A stretch of 32,000 nt of DNA from Synechocystis sp. PCC 6803 substr. PCC-P (GTDB taxonomy: Bacteria > Cyanobacteriota > Cyanobacteriia > Cyanobacteriales > Microcystaceae), in assembly GCF_000284455.1 (NCBI RefSeq), contig NC_017039.1, positions 1,050,001 to 1,082,000 of the forward strand, given 5' to 3'. A model generated the notes under the pieces. It saw only the letters and a list, made by a program, of their open reading frames with translations. It was not told the DNA's origin and ran no database searches. Shown piece after piece: positions 8,792 to 18,900 of the stretch. The stretch's first letter is position 1; every line of letters begins with the position of its first letter. The translations under genes and the position numbers were made by a program.

Positions 8792-10075
8792 ATGACCACC
8801 GATCTATCGGTTTACCTCGACCAAGCCCAACAAGCCGGAGCGGAAAGCGCTGAAGTTTATTACTCCCGATCCTTTTCCCGACCAGTTTTCTTTGAGGCTA
8901 ATCGGTTAAAACAGTTGGAAAGTTCTGAATCGGAAGGGGTAGCCCTGCGGTTATGGAAAAATGGTCAGGCTGGTTTAGCGGTGGCCTATGGTCCGGTGGA
9001 ACCGGAAATATTAGTCGAAAAAGCGTTGGCCCTAGCAGCCTTGAATCCCCCCAATCCGCCCCGGTTCACTGCTCCCCGGCAAGATTATCGGGAAAGTTTA
9101 GGGGAAGATGTTTCCGTAGAACAATTAATCGATTGGGGTCAAACGGCGATCGCCAGTTTACGGTCAGAGTTTGCCGAAGTGCTCTGTAGTGGCGAATTAG
9201 CCTGTAGCACTGACAGCACCCGCCTAATTAACAGTGAAGGTTTGGACTGTACCTGGACAGAGAGAAGTTTGAGTTACTACTTCGGGGTGGAATGGATTCG
9301 GGGAGAGGATTTTTTAGCCATCTATGATGGGGAGCAATGTCGGGGCCAGACCAACGTCGGACAGGTGGTGGAAAATCTGCGGCAACGGCTACTTTGGGTG
9401 GAAGTGAATCAACAAATCCAGGGCGGCAAAATGCCCATTTTGCTCACCAGTGGCGCGGCCAGTTTGCTTTGGGACACGGTAGGAGAAGCCCTCCATGGTC
9501 AACGGGTAGCGGAAGACTCATCCCCATGGGCAGAAAAATTAGGACAAACTGTGGCCATTGAAGAATTGAATATTAGTCAAGATCCCACCGCCATTCCCTT
9601 TGATTGTCCCTTTGACGATGAAGGAAGCCGTACTCAAAAACTGGCTTTAATTAAAAATGGAAAAATTGCCCAGTTTTATACAGACCATGAAACAGCAGAA
9701 AAATTAGGTACAACCACCACGGGTAATGGTTTTCGTCCTAGCCTAGGCAGTGCGCCCCAACCGGGTTTGGTGAATATGTTAATCACACCGGGAACCGCTA
9801 GCTTCGACCAGTTACTTAAAAAATTGGGTAATGGTTTAGTTGTAGATCAAATTCTTGGGGGGGGGGCGGATATTTCCGGTGATTTTTCCATCAACGTTGA
9901 TTTGGGTTATCGAGTGCAGAATGGTGAAATTACTGGCAGGGTTAAGGACACTATGGTTTCTGGCAACATTTATGAATTATTAAATCAGATTATCGCTTTG
10001 GGTTCAGACCGTCGTTGGCAGGGTTCCTGTGCCACTCCATCAATTATTTTAGATGGGGTATCGATCACCGCTTAG
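8792..10075 (+). CDS. TldD/PmbA-family protein (PmbA-like)
   Basis: 427 aa. AESAEVYYSRSFSRPVFFEANRLKQLESSESEGVALRLWKNGQAGLA and the C-terminal GGGADISGDFS...GY are typical of the PmbA/TldD family. Confidence 0.85.
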   Translation: MTTDLSVYLDQAQQAGAESAEVYYSRSFSRPVFFEANRLKQLESSESEGVALRLWKNGQAGLAVAYGPVEPEILVEKALALAALNPPNPPRFTAPRQDYRESLGEDVSVEQLIDWGQTAIASLRSEFAEVLCSGELACSTDSTRLINSEGLDCTWTERSLSYYFGVEWIRGEDFLAIYDGEQCRGQTNVGQVVENLRQRLLWVEVNQQIQGGKMPILLTSGAASLLWDTVGEALHGQRVAEDSSPWAEKLGQTVAIEELNISQDPTAIPFDCPFDDEGSRTQKLALIKNGKIAQFYTDHETAEKLGTTTTGNGFRPSLGSAPQPGLVNMLITPGTASFDQLLKKLGNGLVVDQILGGGADISGDFSINVDLGYRVQNGEITGRVKDTMVSGNIYELLNQIIALGSDRRWQGSCATPSIILDGVSITA

Positions 10076-10176
10076 TACTATATTTGAACATTGGAATTTT
10101 CACCTAACTACCATTGAAAAAATCCGGCCATAAATTTGCCCAACGGTTATTCTGGCTTTGATGGTACTGTATTGGA

Positions 10177-11028
10177 ATGGATAATGTTACTCGCTATCAA
10201 AACGCCGCGCTTCAGTACTACCAAGATCTGACTGGGTCTTCCCATCTCCACTACGGTTATTGGCAACCAATTCCGGAAACCGAAGATGATCTGACTATGG
10301 CTAAATTGCGCCATGCTCAGGAAAAATATACTGACCATTTGCTTTCATTTTTACCGCAGAATATCGAAACTGTATTGGATGTGGGTTGTGGCAACGGTGA
10401 TAACGCCAGTCAACTAATTGGCAAAGGTTTACAGGTGGAAGGAATTGCCCCAGATCCTTTTCAGGAGTCAAGTTTTTTACAAAAGACTGGGGGCAAAGCT
10501 CGCTTTAATAGTAATACTTTCCAAGGTTTTATAGAAGATTGGCAACGGATTGGTTCTATGCCCCAATATGATTTGTTGCTTTTTAGTGAAAGTACCCAAT
10601 ATATGGCTGTAGCCACTATCGCCGATGGGGCAAAATTATTGGTAAAACCAGGGGGTTATGTTCTCTTGGCTGATATGTTTCGTAAAAATGAAGATTATCA
10701 GACAGGAATGTTTTCCAATTGTTTGATCAAAAGTGAATTACAGATGGCGATGAAAGAAGCCGGTTTTATTCTGCTCGATAGGGATGATATTTCCCAACAA
10801 ATTGTACCTACCTTAGACCTTTGTGTGCAAAATTTTCAAACTTTTGGTGTTTCAACTTTAACCTATTTAGCTAGTTTAGTCAGAATTGCAGTCCCCCCTC
10901 TGTATAAAATTTTCGATTACTTTTTGGGTAAAAAGGCTAAGGTTTTGGTAAAGGAAGGATTACAGGCTGGGAATATTTTTCGGGATCATCTATGCTACGA
11001 AATTCAACTTTGGCAAAAGCTTACTTAA
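10177..11028 (+). CDS. class I SAM-dependent methyltransferase
   Basis: 283 aa. It has an HYGYW motif followed by the SAM-binding motif I, VLDVGCGNGDN. Confidence 0.8.
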   Translation: MDNVTRYQNAALQYYQDLTGSSHLHYGYWQPIPETEDDLTMAKLRHAQEKYTDHLLSFLPQNIETVLDVGCGNGDNASQLIGKGLQVEGIAPDPFQESSFLQKTGGKARFNSNTFQGFIEDWQRIGSMPQYDLLLFSESTQYMAVATIADGAKLLVKPGGYVLLADMFRKNEDYQTGMFSNCLIKSELQMAMKEAGFILLDRDDISQQIVPTLDLCVQNFQTFGVSTLTYLASLVRIAVPPLYKIFDYFLGKKAKVLVKEGLQAGNIFRDHLCYEIQLWQKLT

Positions 11029-11155
11029 ATTGCTGGGGATGATCTAGATTTACCTTGGGCAGGGGAAAGTTAAGAATAATGACTAATTTGTCTTGATGGC
11101 CAAAGCCCAGAAGTATAAGTAGAGTAAGGCCCCTTCACCGCCGGAGAGAACAATT

Positions 11156-11494
11156 ATGTCCGCTGAATTTTTTGACTGCCTCCAACATAAATGCGCCTAT
11201 GTGGCGATCGGAGAATTTAAACCCGGTCGGTTTGCAGAAGCCCAACGGTTATATGAGAAGGCCATTTCCACCTATAAAAGTGGCTTTAAGGGTGCCTTCC
11301 TGCTAAGAAAACCCAATTCCGACGAGGGCATTGCCGTGATTCTCTGGAATACGATCGAAGATATGGAGGCGAATCAAACGGAAGTCCATCGCAAAATTTT
11401 GGACGAAATGGGCCCTTTGTTTAATGTGCCTCCGGTCACCAATATTTATGAAGTTTGTAGCGAAGTGGAAGCCTATGGTAAGGTGCTCTGCTAA
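11156..11494 (+). CDS. small conserved protein, possibly ferredoxin-like/ABM fold
   Basis: 112-aa ORF. Its stop lies 2 nt before the next start (11497). The fold assignment is only an impression from its size and alternating pattern. Confidence 0.45.
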   Translation: MSAEFFDCLQHKCAYVAIGEFKPGRFAEAQRLYEKAISTYKSGFKGAFLLRKPNSDEGIAVILWNTIEDMEANQTEVHRKILDEMGPLFNVPPVTNIYEVCSEVEAYGKVLC

Positions 11495-11496
11495 CC

Positions 11497-12366
11497 ATGT
11501 ACAACATTAGCTTTACCCCCGATCGCCCGCTGACCTACCATTTGGAGGATGATCAAAGTCTGGCCCGTCTTTCCCTCGTGCCGGGGCGGGGCGGTCTGGT
11601 GACCGAGTGGACCGTTCAAGGTCAGCCCATCCTGTATTTTGACCGAGAGCGGTTCCAGGATCCATCCCTGTCAGTACGGGGAGGCATCCCAATTTTGTTT
11701 CCCATTTGTGGCAATCTGCCCCAGGATCAGTTCAACCACGCCGGTAAAAGCTATCGCCTGAAACAACATGGTTTTGCGCGGGATCTGCCGTGGGAAGTAA
11801 TCGGCCAGCAAACCCAAGACAATGCCCGGTTGGATCTACGGTTGAGCCACAATGATGCCACCCTCGAAGCTTTCCCTTTTGCATTTGAGTTGGTTTTCAG
11901 CTATCAACTCCAGGGCCATAGCCTCCGCATTGAACAACGTATTGCCAACCTTGGCGATCAGCGGATGCCCTTTTCCCTCGGTTTCCATCCCTATTTTTTC
12001 TGCCGAGAGAAGTTAGGGATTACGTTAGCAATTCCTGCCAATGATTACCTAGACCAAAAAACTGGCGATTGCCATGGCTATGACGGGCAACTGAATCTAA
12101 CTTCCCCGGAATTGGATTTAGCCTTTACCCAAATTTCCCAGCCAAGGGCCCATTTTATTGACCCAGACCGGAATTTAAAGATAGAAGTTAGCTTCAGCGA
12201 ACTGTACCAAACTCTGGTGTTGTGGACTGTGGCTGGGAAAGATTATCTGTGCCTCGAGCCTTGGAGCGGGCCTCGCAATGCCCTCAATAGCGGCGAGCAG
12301 TTAGCTTGGGTAGAACCCTATTCTTCCCGTTCCGCCTGGGTAAATTTTCAGGTGTCCACTGAGTGA
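11497..12366 (+). CDS. aldose 1-epimerase (mutarotase) family protein
   Basis: 289 aa. GGIPILFPICGN, KQHGFARDLPW and LGFHPYF are the conserved mutarotase-family segments. Confidence 0.8.
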   Translation: MYNISFTPDRPLTYHLEDDQSLARLSLVPGRGGLVTEWTVQGQPILYFDRERFQDPSLSVRGGIPILFPICGNLPQDQFNHAGKSYRLKQHGFARDLPWEVIGQQTQDNARLDLRLSHNDATLEAFPFAFELVFSYQLQGHSLRIEQRIANLGDQRMPFSLGFHPYFFCREKLGITLAIPANDYLDQKTGDCHGYDGQLNLTSPELDLAFTQISQPRAHFIDPDRNLKIEVSFSELYQTLVLWTVAGKDYLCLEPWSGPRNALNSGEQLAWVEPYSSRSAWVNFQVSTE

Positions 12367-12417
12367 CTGTGCCGCCCTTTCCACTTGGATAAAAGTCCGT
12401 TGGCAGTCCCAATTTAA

Positions 12418-12439
12418 GGGAGGAAGTTGTAATCCTCCC
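12418..12439. terminator. hairpin between convergent genes (possible bidirectional terminator)
   Basis: GGGAGGA (12418-12424) pairs with TCCTCCC (12433-12439) around an 8-nt loop. There is no clean U-tract on either strand. Confidence 0.35.
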
Positions 12440-12492
12440 GAAATCAAGCCCTTGGGCTATGGCTCAATCAACTCCGTTCAGACTATGGAGAT

Positions 12493-15459
12493 CTAAAAGT
12501 TTCCCTGGAGGGCCTCGTTGCACCGCTCACAAATGGTGGGGTCATCGCTGAAACTGCCCACTTGGGTGGAATAATTCCAGCAACGCTCACATTTATGACC
12601 GTCGGCTTTAGTGACAATAATCTTAATGGGTTTAGTGCGAATATTATTATCATGCCGTTCCAGGTTAATTACTACGGTTTCCTCATACGTAAAAGATGGT
12701 TCAATTTCAGCAGACTTGATAAACTCAACTTGAGAAGTTAGAAATATGTTGCGAAGCGAAATTTTTCGGTCATTGGGATCAAATGTGGGTTCATTAAAAT
12801 TTTCTAACCATCCGTAGAACCAATGCACAAAATTTTCTCCTTGTTTTTCATCCGTGCCACTTTCAGCAGTTCGGGGATCCACAATAATCAATTTAGCCTC
12901 CAAAGATGAACCTATCACTTTGTCCCTTCGAGCCTGTTCGAGAAGTTGGTTAATTCCATCTCGTAATTGACGTAGGCTAACCCACTTTTGAGCTAATTGC
13001 GGCTGTTGCCATTGGGCATCTAAATTTACCCAGCCTGATTGGAATACCGATTCCGTCGGTTTTTCGTAGGGTAAAAATTGCCAAATGTCCTCCGCTAAAT
13101 GACACAGCACAGGGGCGATCGCCTTGGTTAAATTTTCCAACGCCAACTGGAGAATGGTTTGGCAACTGCGGCGACGGGGAGCATTGGGGGCGGAAATATA
13201 CAGACGGTCTTTAGCAATATCTAAGTAGAAGTTAGACAAATCCACCACACAGAAGTTTTGCACCGTTTGGAAAAACTTAAAGAATTGGAAACTTTCGTAG
13301 GCTTCCGTTACTTCCGTAAATACTTCCGTCATACGGTGTAACATATAGCGGTCTAATTCTGGCAAATCTTCATAGGCCACTGCATCGGTTTCAGGATTAA
13401 AATCATGCAAGTTACCTAGTAAAAACCGGGCCGTATTGCGAATTTTATTGCGTATATCTACCAACTGTTTGAGAATGCCCTGGCCAATGGGCACATCATT
13501 GGCGTAATCTACCGATGCCACCCAAAGCCGCAACACATCAGCCCCATAGGCCGGTTCCTGTTTTTGATTTTTACCGCCATTAATAATCTGGTAGGGGTCC
13601 ACCACATTGCCCAGGGATTTGCTCATTTTGTGACCCTTTTCATCCAGTACAAAACCGTGGGTCAACACTGTTTTATAGGGGGCAATGCCATTTACTGCCA
13701 CACTGGTGAGTAAACTGGACTGGAACCAACCTCGATGCTGGTCGGAACCCTCCAAATACATATCCACCGGGTATTTTAATGGTCGATTTTTTGCATTTGC
13801 GACCGCTGCCCAGGAAGAGCCAGAATCAAACCATACGTCCATGGTGTCTTCCCCTTTGCGGTAAGTACGACCATTGTTGCGGTATGCTTCCGGCAGGAGT
13901 TCCTCTACGGTTAATTCCCACCAAGCATCGGAACCTTTTTCCGCAATGATTTGTTGCACATGATTAATGGTTTCTTCCGTTAGCAAAGGCTCACTGGTTT
14001 CCTCGTCATAAAATACGGGAATAGGAACCCCCCAAGCCCGTTGCCGGGAAATGCACCAATCACTGCGATCGCCAACCATGGGAGTGATGCGATTTTCCCC
14101 CTGGGTTGGAATCCAGGTAACTTCTTTGATCGCTTTTAAAGCTTGATCCCGAAAACCTTCCACCGAAGCAAACCACTGTTCCGTGGCTCGGAAAATAGTC
14201 GGCTTTTTGGTGCGCCAATCGTAGGGATATTTATGCTCATAAGCTTCTTCTTTGAGCAAAACTTTTTGATCTTGCAACGCATTAATAATGGCTTCATTGG
14301 CATCGTTGAGCACATTAAGCCCCGCAAATTTCCCTGCTTCCTCCGTTAAATTGCCCGCCGCATCCACCGGGGACAAAATTGGTAAGCCATACCGTTGCCC
14401 GACAACGTAATCTTCTTGACCGTGGCCTGGAGCCGTATGCACTAGCCCGGTACCAGATTCGGTAGTGACATAATCGCCACCAATAACAATGGGACTAACC
14501 CGGTCAAACAGAGGATGCTGATAACAGGTATTTTCCAAACTTTCCCCTTGCAGAGTTACTTTAACCGTTAATTTGACCCCGAAAGTTTCACTTAATTTTT
14601 CCACTAAATCCAGGGCCACAATTAAGTAACTGCGATGAAAAATATGGGACTCCGTTTCCACCACCGCATAGGTTAATTCCGGATTTAATGCCACGGCCAA
14701 ATTGCCCGGCAATGTCCAGGGGGTTGTAGTCCAAATGGCCACCGCTAAATCATCAATGTAGGGGGCCAAAATTTCAGCGGCTTTCTCCCCTGCTTGGGTG
14801 ATGGGAAAACTAACGTAAATACTGCGGGAAGTATGACCTTCAGGATATTCCAACTCCGCTTCTGCTAGGGCTGTGCGGGAACTAGGACTCCAATGGACCG
14901 GTTTTAAACCCCTGTAGATATAACCTTTCAACGCCATGGCCCCAAATACGCCAATCTGGGCCGCCTCATATTCCGGGGTCAGGGTTAAATAAGGCTTTTT
15001 CCAATCCCCCCAAATGCCATAACGCTGGAATCCCACCGCCTGTTCCTGTTGGGCTTTGAGGGCAAAATCCCTGGCTTTGTGACGGAGGGTGAGGGGAGTT
15101 AATTCCGCCCGTTCACTGCTTTTTAAACTTTGTAGAACTTTCAACTCAATGGGCAAACCGTGGCAGTCCCAACCGGGAACGTAATGGACTTTATGCCCCT
15201 GTAATAGTTTATACTTATTAATAATGTCCTTGAGAACTTTGTTTAAAGCATGGCCCATGTGGAGGGCACCGTTGGCGTAGGGCGGCCCATCGTGGAGCAC
15301 AAACAAATCTTTGGGATTATTGTCGGCTAAATCTGCGTAAATTCCTTTTTCCTGCCAATATTGCTGAATTTCCGGCTCTCTTTTGTTAGCGTTGGCCCGC
15401 ATATCAAAGCGGGTTTGGGGCAAGTTAACGGTGTCTTTATAACTTTTGGCTTCAGTCAC
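12493..15459 (-). CDS. ileS: isoleucine--tRNA ligase
   Basis: 988 aa. It has the class I HIGH-type motif (HMGHALNK), KMSKS (KMSKSLGN), an editing-domain insertion, and a C-terminal zinc motif CERCW...CERC. Confidence 0.97.
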   Translation of the reverse strand: MTEAKSYKDTVNLPQTRFDMRANANKREPEIQQYWQEKGIYADLADNNPKDLFVLHDGPPYANGALHMGHALNKVLKDIINKYKLLQGHKVHYVPGWDCHGLPIELKVLQSLKSSERAELTPLTLRHKARDFALKAQQEQAVGFQRYGIWGDWKKPYLTLTPEYEAAQIGVFGAMALKGYIYRGLKPVHWSPSSRTALAEAELEYPEGHTSRSIYVSFPITQAGEKAAEILAPYIDDLAVAIWTTTPWTLPGNLAVALNPELTYAVVETESHIFHRSYLIVALDLVEKLSETFGVKLTVKVTLQGESLENTCYQHPLFDRVSPIVIGGDYVTTESGTGLVHTAPGHGQEDYVVGQRYGLPILSPVDAAGNLTEEAGKFAGLNVLNDANEAIINALQDQKVLLKEEAYEHKYPYDWRTKKPTIFRATEQWFASVEGFRDQALKAIKEVTWIPTQGENRITPMVGDRSDWCISRQRAWGVPIPVFYDEETSEPLLTEETINHVQQIIAEKGSDAWWELTVEELLPEAYRNNGRTYRKGEDTMDVWFDSGSSWAAVANAKNRPLKYPVDMYLEGSDQHRGWFQSSLLTSVAVNGIAPYKTVLTHGFVLDEKGHKMSKSLGNVVDPYQIINGGKNQKQEPAYGADVLRLWVASVDYANDVPIGQGILKQLVDIRNKIRNTARFLLGNLHDFNPETDAVAYEDLPELDRYMLHRMTEVFTEVTEAYESFQFFKFFQTVQNFCVVDLSNFYLDIAKDRLYISAPNAPRRRSCQTILQLALENLTKAIAPVLCHLAEDIWQFLPYEKPTESVFQSGWVNLDAQWQQPQLAQKWVSLRQLRDGINQLLEQARRDKVIGSSLEAKLIIVDPRTAESGTDEKQGENFVHWFYGWLENFNEPTFDPNDRKISLRNIFLTSQVEFIKSAEIEPSFTYEETVVINLERHDNNIRTKPIKIIVTKADGHKCERCWNYSTQVGSFSDDPTICERCNEALQGNF

Positions 15460-15548
15460 AGTGGCTTGGGGCAGAATTGTGCATAGGAATACTTGCTGAT
15501 TTTACCCCGTTTTCCTAGCCCATCTACTGCGGTTTTACTCCCTAAAGG

Positions 15549-15556
15549 GCGATCGC
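15549..15556. repeat. HIP1 octamer GCGATCGC (example copy, intergenic)
   Basis: Read directly in ...aaagGGCGATCGCCgtg... Confidence 0.95.
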
Positions 15557-15573
15557 CGTGGGCCGGCCTTGGC

Positions 15574-15601
15574 TTGATCTGCTCTGGCAGGCCAGTATAA
15601 T
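15574..15601 (+). promoter_or_regulatory. sigma70-like promoter candidate for the small ORF at 15653
   Basis: TTGATC (15574-15579), a 16-nt spacer, then TATAAT (15596-15601). It lies about 50 nt upstream of the ATG. This is pattern only. Confidence 0.35.
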
Positions 15602-15652
15602 TCCAAGGGATAATCGTCTATCAACCTGCTGAATTTTCCGGAACAACGGACC

Positions 15653-15877
15653 ATGAATGAACCAAAACAGACCGAAACCGTCCAGGTGGTGGAAAAAGTT
15701 AGCGCGATCCTTTCCCCCTATTTCATCGTCATTGTGGGTTTGTTTTTGGCCGATAGCAATTTTCTCATTGGCATTGCCCTGGTGTTTGTGGGGGTATTTT
15801 CCCTGCTGAAACTTTCCTGGCACGATGTGCAAACGGGGGTAGAAAAAGTTAAGGGCTTCTTTGCCGAAAAGCAGTGA
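15653..15877 (+). CDS. small two-helix membrane protein of unknown function
   Basis: 74 aa with two hydrophobic stretches (ILSPYFIVIVGLFLA; LIGIALVFVGVFSLL). Confidence 0.5.
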   Translation: MNEPKQTETVQVVEKVSAILSPYFIVIVGLFLADSNFLIGIALVFVGVFSLLKLSWHDVQTGVEKVKGFFAEKQ

Positions 15878-15914
15878 GTCCCATTAGAAAAAAATTAGAC
15901 TTTTGAGACAGCTA

Positions 15915-18900
15915 CTAAAAAGGTAGATCTTCTTCTTCCTCCGGGGCGATCGCCGGTCGGTTCAGGACGGTGGGTTGGTTAATTTGCAGATGTCCATTGT
16001 GATCCATGGGTTGCTGACCAAGTTCCGCCGTTGGTTCCGTAGATAAATCATCGCCATTATCCGATTCCTGTTTGGGAGCCGCATCGGATGCCACAATTTC
16101 CCCGTCAAAATTTTTGGCAAACTGCTCGATCGCCTTGCGGGTGGCACTGTCACCAATATCTGTCGGAGGCGGCTCTTCCATGGCTGGAGCCGGTTTTGGT
16201 TTGGGCCGAGAAGGATTAGAGAAATTATTTGATTCCCGTCGGGGGGAAGGTTTTATTTCCGATGTAGCGGGGCCCCTGGCGATCGCCGGGGGAGAAGGAG
16301 GCACAGTGGGAGCCGGATTAGCATTAACCGCTGCGGTGGGGGGAGGGCTTGGCTCTGGAGCAAAGGCTGGCGGCTTACTATGGCTAGGGGGAGGAGCGCT
16401 GTTAACCGGAGTAGTTTCCGGGGTCGATGGCTTACCCACCACCAAATTCACTTTCACCGATTGGCCACAGGCTTGCCCTAGGGCCGCTTCCAATTCATCC
16501 TTTTTGCCCGCCGCAATTTTAAGCAGTTGTTGGGTGGTAACACTGACGGTGGCATTATTCCCCACCAAATTGATCAAAGAACCAAAGGATTTAAATAAAG
16601 ATTGACTGAGCGCCCCTAGATTGTTTAACGTTTCCGACCATAACTGGGTCAGATCCCAATGGGCGTTGCTCGGCTCAAAGCTGGATGGCTCTACATCTGC
16701 TTCTAGCTTCTCTTCTAGAACAATAGGTTCAGAAACAGGAATCATTGTAGGAGAATCCACCACGGTTAGATGGTTGTGTGAGCCACCAGGGAAAGTCACC
16801 ACATTACTGGGCTTTGGCGGAGTTATTGGTTGAGCCACAGGTGTTCTAACTGCCGTTTGACTAACTGCCCCAGTGTCCAACCCACAGGCGGATGGCAACA
16901 GCCCCAACAGGGTCACCTCTAGCCAAAGTCGGGGCTGGGTAGTGTTACGAATTTGGATTTCACTTTCCTTAAGTTTTTGTTGTCCTTGCAAAATCACTCC
17001 CCTTTGCCATTGGGGCGCCGTGTCACACAGGGCTTGCCAGGTTTCCGCCGTCACCGCCACCAAATCTGAGCGTTGGGGAGCTGTTTGGGCAATAAGTAAA
17101 TTCAAATAAAAACTGGCTAAATTTTGCAATACCACCAAGGGTTCCCGCCCCCGGTTCAAAATCTGCCGACAGGTAGCCAATAGGGTTTCTGCATCGTCAC
17201 TGGCGATCGCCTCTAGGAGGGCTAACAAATCCTGTTCCGGCACCGCCCCCACGAGGTCCCAAACTTTATCGGGGGTAATCAGGTCGGGGAGCAGACTTAA
17301 TTGATCGAGTAAACTTTCCGCATCCCGTAAACCACCATTGGCAATTTGGGCCACTAGGGTCAAAGCTGGTTGGTCAATATTAATATTTTCTCGCCCAGCA
17401 ATATAACGGAGATGGTCCACCATGGCCTGCAAAGGAATGCGGCGATAATCAAACCGCTGACACCGGGAAATAATGGTGGGTAAAACCCGCTGGGGATCGG
17501 TGGTAGCGAGGACAAAAACAACCCGCTCCGGTGGCTCTTCCAAGGTTTTTAGCAGGGCATTGAATGCGGCCGTGCTCAACATATGACAGTTATGGACTAG
17601 TAAGCCATTGGCAACAAAATTGTGATTATCTTCCACCTCCAGGTCATAAACTTTTTCCACTTGACCCTTAGTGACGGACTCAACTTCCTCGAAATTTGTA
17701 TGCCATTGCGGGGATGGAATAGATTTCCAAGTCCGATAACCACTTGCGGGTGGCCACTGCTCCCATTTTTGTGTAGTAATAGGTTTTGCTGTTAATGCTT
17801 CTGCGATAGGATTTTGCACTGGTGGGATATCCTCTATCGGTAAGCCATTCAGCAATAAGTTGATTTTCTTCCGGGAAAAAGCCCTCTGTGTGTAACTGAA
17901 TTGATGGACTCCCAGATTCGGAAATAGAGAGGGAACCGTCGTCCATGTACCACCAAGCCATTCCTTCTTCAGTGATATGCGAGAGCCATTCCGAAGAAAC
18001 TTGTTTTCTTTTACCTCCAGGTTTGACTGTGCTGAAAACATCAATAAGGTTTGGGGAACAACGGGTTTGACAGCAGATGGAACTTTCCCCATAGCCTTTA
18101 TTGGCTGTGAATCGTATTTTGGGTGACAGACATCCCAGTCTTGCCGCTTTATATTCCATCCATTCTGACTGCTTGGTGCCGTGGGTCCATCGCAAGCGGG
18201 GGAATCGGCTATGTGGGTTGGGATAGTCAATACTTCCATCCCCAAGCAAGGTTCCGTAGATAAGACCGAGAATTTCTGCTCCCAACGGTTCTGACCCTGA
18301 TGTAATTTTTTCTGTTCTGAGATCCCAAAGTCCGTGGCTTTTTTTGTAGGGATGTCTTCGCCAATGGGATTGGATACTTTTAATTTCTCTTCCTTTGCAC
18401 TGCAAAAATGCTGGAATATCAAGTTTTTCGCCACATCCGCATTGACAAAAGGGTCTTGTGGCTTCTGCTTCTTCAAGGATAGAGATAAGGTCGTATTTTT
18501 TTTGTCCGTATTGATTGCCTCGTAGTTGATGGCCCCGGACAAACCGCCTAAGCTTGCGGTCAGTGCCGTACTTTGCGATAAATTGTCCACATCCACACTC
18601 GCAGGGGATAGTATCTTCATTCCGGGAGTGATGTTTTCCGCTCTCGTCCATCCTTGTTCAGTTCTGATTAAATGGTTAGCCGTACACCGTACTGTAGAAT
18701 TTTTTGTCTTAATAGACAATGTTTGCTTTTCGCCTCTGTCAAGCCATCTTAAAACTTTTTTATATTCCCATTGCTGTAGAGTTTCGTTGTAGCTCAGAAC
18801 TTCTCGCCCTTTTATTTGGGGATTGTCAATGGACATTAAGCCATTGCGGGTCAAAACTTGTGAGTCCCCCGTTAAGCATTCATCGATCACATATACTTTA

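Noticed and set aside
16495-16512. Possible programmed -1 frameshift site for a gamma-type short DnaX (GGC AAA AAG)
   Set aside because: Only C AAA AAG is present, not the A AAA AAG heptamer. I see no nearby upstream SD-like element or downstream hairpin, so the call is not supportable.
16072-16605. 177-aa Gly/Ala-rich plus-strand ORF
   Set aside because: It is the antisense image of the Pro/Ala-rich C-terminal region of DnaX. Its low-complexity composition is explained by the complement of CCN/GCN codons.
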